A stretch of DNA of 4,462 nucleotides from a virus (taxonomy: Duplodnaviria > Heunggongvirae > Uroviricota > Caudoviricetes): the IMG/VR virus record IMGVR_UViG_2582580966_000016; one strand, given 5' to 3'. Position 1 is the stretch's first letter. Each line of letters opens with the position of its first letter. The notes beneath the pieces are model-generated. The model made no database searches. It saw only the letters and a program-made list of their open reading frames with translations, and was not told the origin of the DNA. Below are positions 4,331 to 4,462 of this stretch, piece by piece. The position numbers and the translations under genes are program-made.

Positions 4331-4462
4331 CTAGTTAATACACTGAGTGCGGATATATTCCTGCGCCCCTTCCAGTTGCTTCTGCATTGTCATCAACCGC
4401 TCTCTGAGGGTGAAATAATCCCGTTCAGCGGTGTCTGCCAGTCGGGGGCCGGTTGCATTATC
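4331..4462 (-). CDS. Rz: Rz (i-spanin, inner-membrane spanin subunit), C-terminal 43 codons; gene continues beyond the window end
   Basis: Not in the ORF track because no start lies in the window. Minus-strand frame open from the window edge to TAG at 4333-4331; translation DNATGPRLADTAERDYFTLRERLMTMQKQLEGAQEYIRTQCIN closely matches my recollection of the lambda Rz C-terminus (...SPRLADTAERDYFTLRERLITMQKQLEGTQKYINEQCR). Confidence 0.85.
   Translation of the reverse strand, partial: DNATGPRLADTAERDYFTLRERLMTMQKQLEGAQEYIRTQCIN
4393..4461 (-). CDS. Rz1: Rz1 (o-spanin, outer-membrane lipoprotein spanin subunit), C-terminal 22 codons, embedded in the +1 frame of Rz
   Basis: Second minus-strand frame translates IMQPAPDWQTPLNGIISPSESG then TGA (4395-4393), matching my recollection of the lambda Rz1 C-terminus (...AWIMQPPPDWQTPLNGIISPSERG). 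Embedded out-of-frame within Rz as in lambda. Confidence 0.8.
   Translation of the reverse strand: MMQPAPDWQTPLNGIISPSESG

Noticed and set aside
1-4462. CRISPR arrays, tRNA/rRNA genes, IS elements
   Set aside because: No regularly spaced direct repeats, no tRNA-like cloverleaf signatures (no GTTCGAATC-type T-loop in a suitable context), no transposase-like ORF and no terminal inverted repeats were seen.

Overview
This window reads as the right-hand end of a defective lambdoid prophage of Qin/Rac type from an E. coli-like enterobacterium. All calls rest on reading the sequence and ORF track plus recall of phage lambda and E. coli K-12 prophage proteins; no database search was run. Left to right: an AT-rich leader; an intact serine DNA invertase (Pin, + strand); a convergent tail fiber assembly gene (tfa, - strand); C-terminal remnants of a side tail fiber gene and an internal fragment of a lambda J-like gene, joined in three different frames to a lambda Nu1-like small terminase gene (nohA-like, - strand); a lambda-type cos site (cosB, then the 12-nt cohesive end, 2862-2873); a perfect Fur-box-like palindrome; a small ribbon-helix-helix ORF (+ strand); then a - strand cargo block. 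That block holds the 3' ends of the Rz/Rz1 spanin genes at the window edge, an unrecognised 74-aa ORF directly downstream of Rz, a 329-bp noncoding GC-rich segment with a perfect 10-bp inverted repeat, and a lipoprotein gene whose mature part is a clear TonB C-terminal domain. The TonB_C lipoprotein, sitting where lambda carries the bor moron and preceded by a palindromic candidate operator, is the most interesting candidate for an undescribed function (possibly TonB-dependent receptor interference or superinfection exclusion). No tRNA, rRNA, CRISPR array or IS element was seen.
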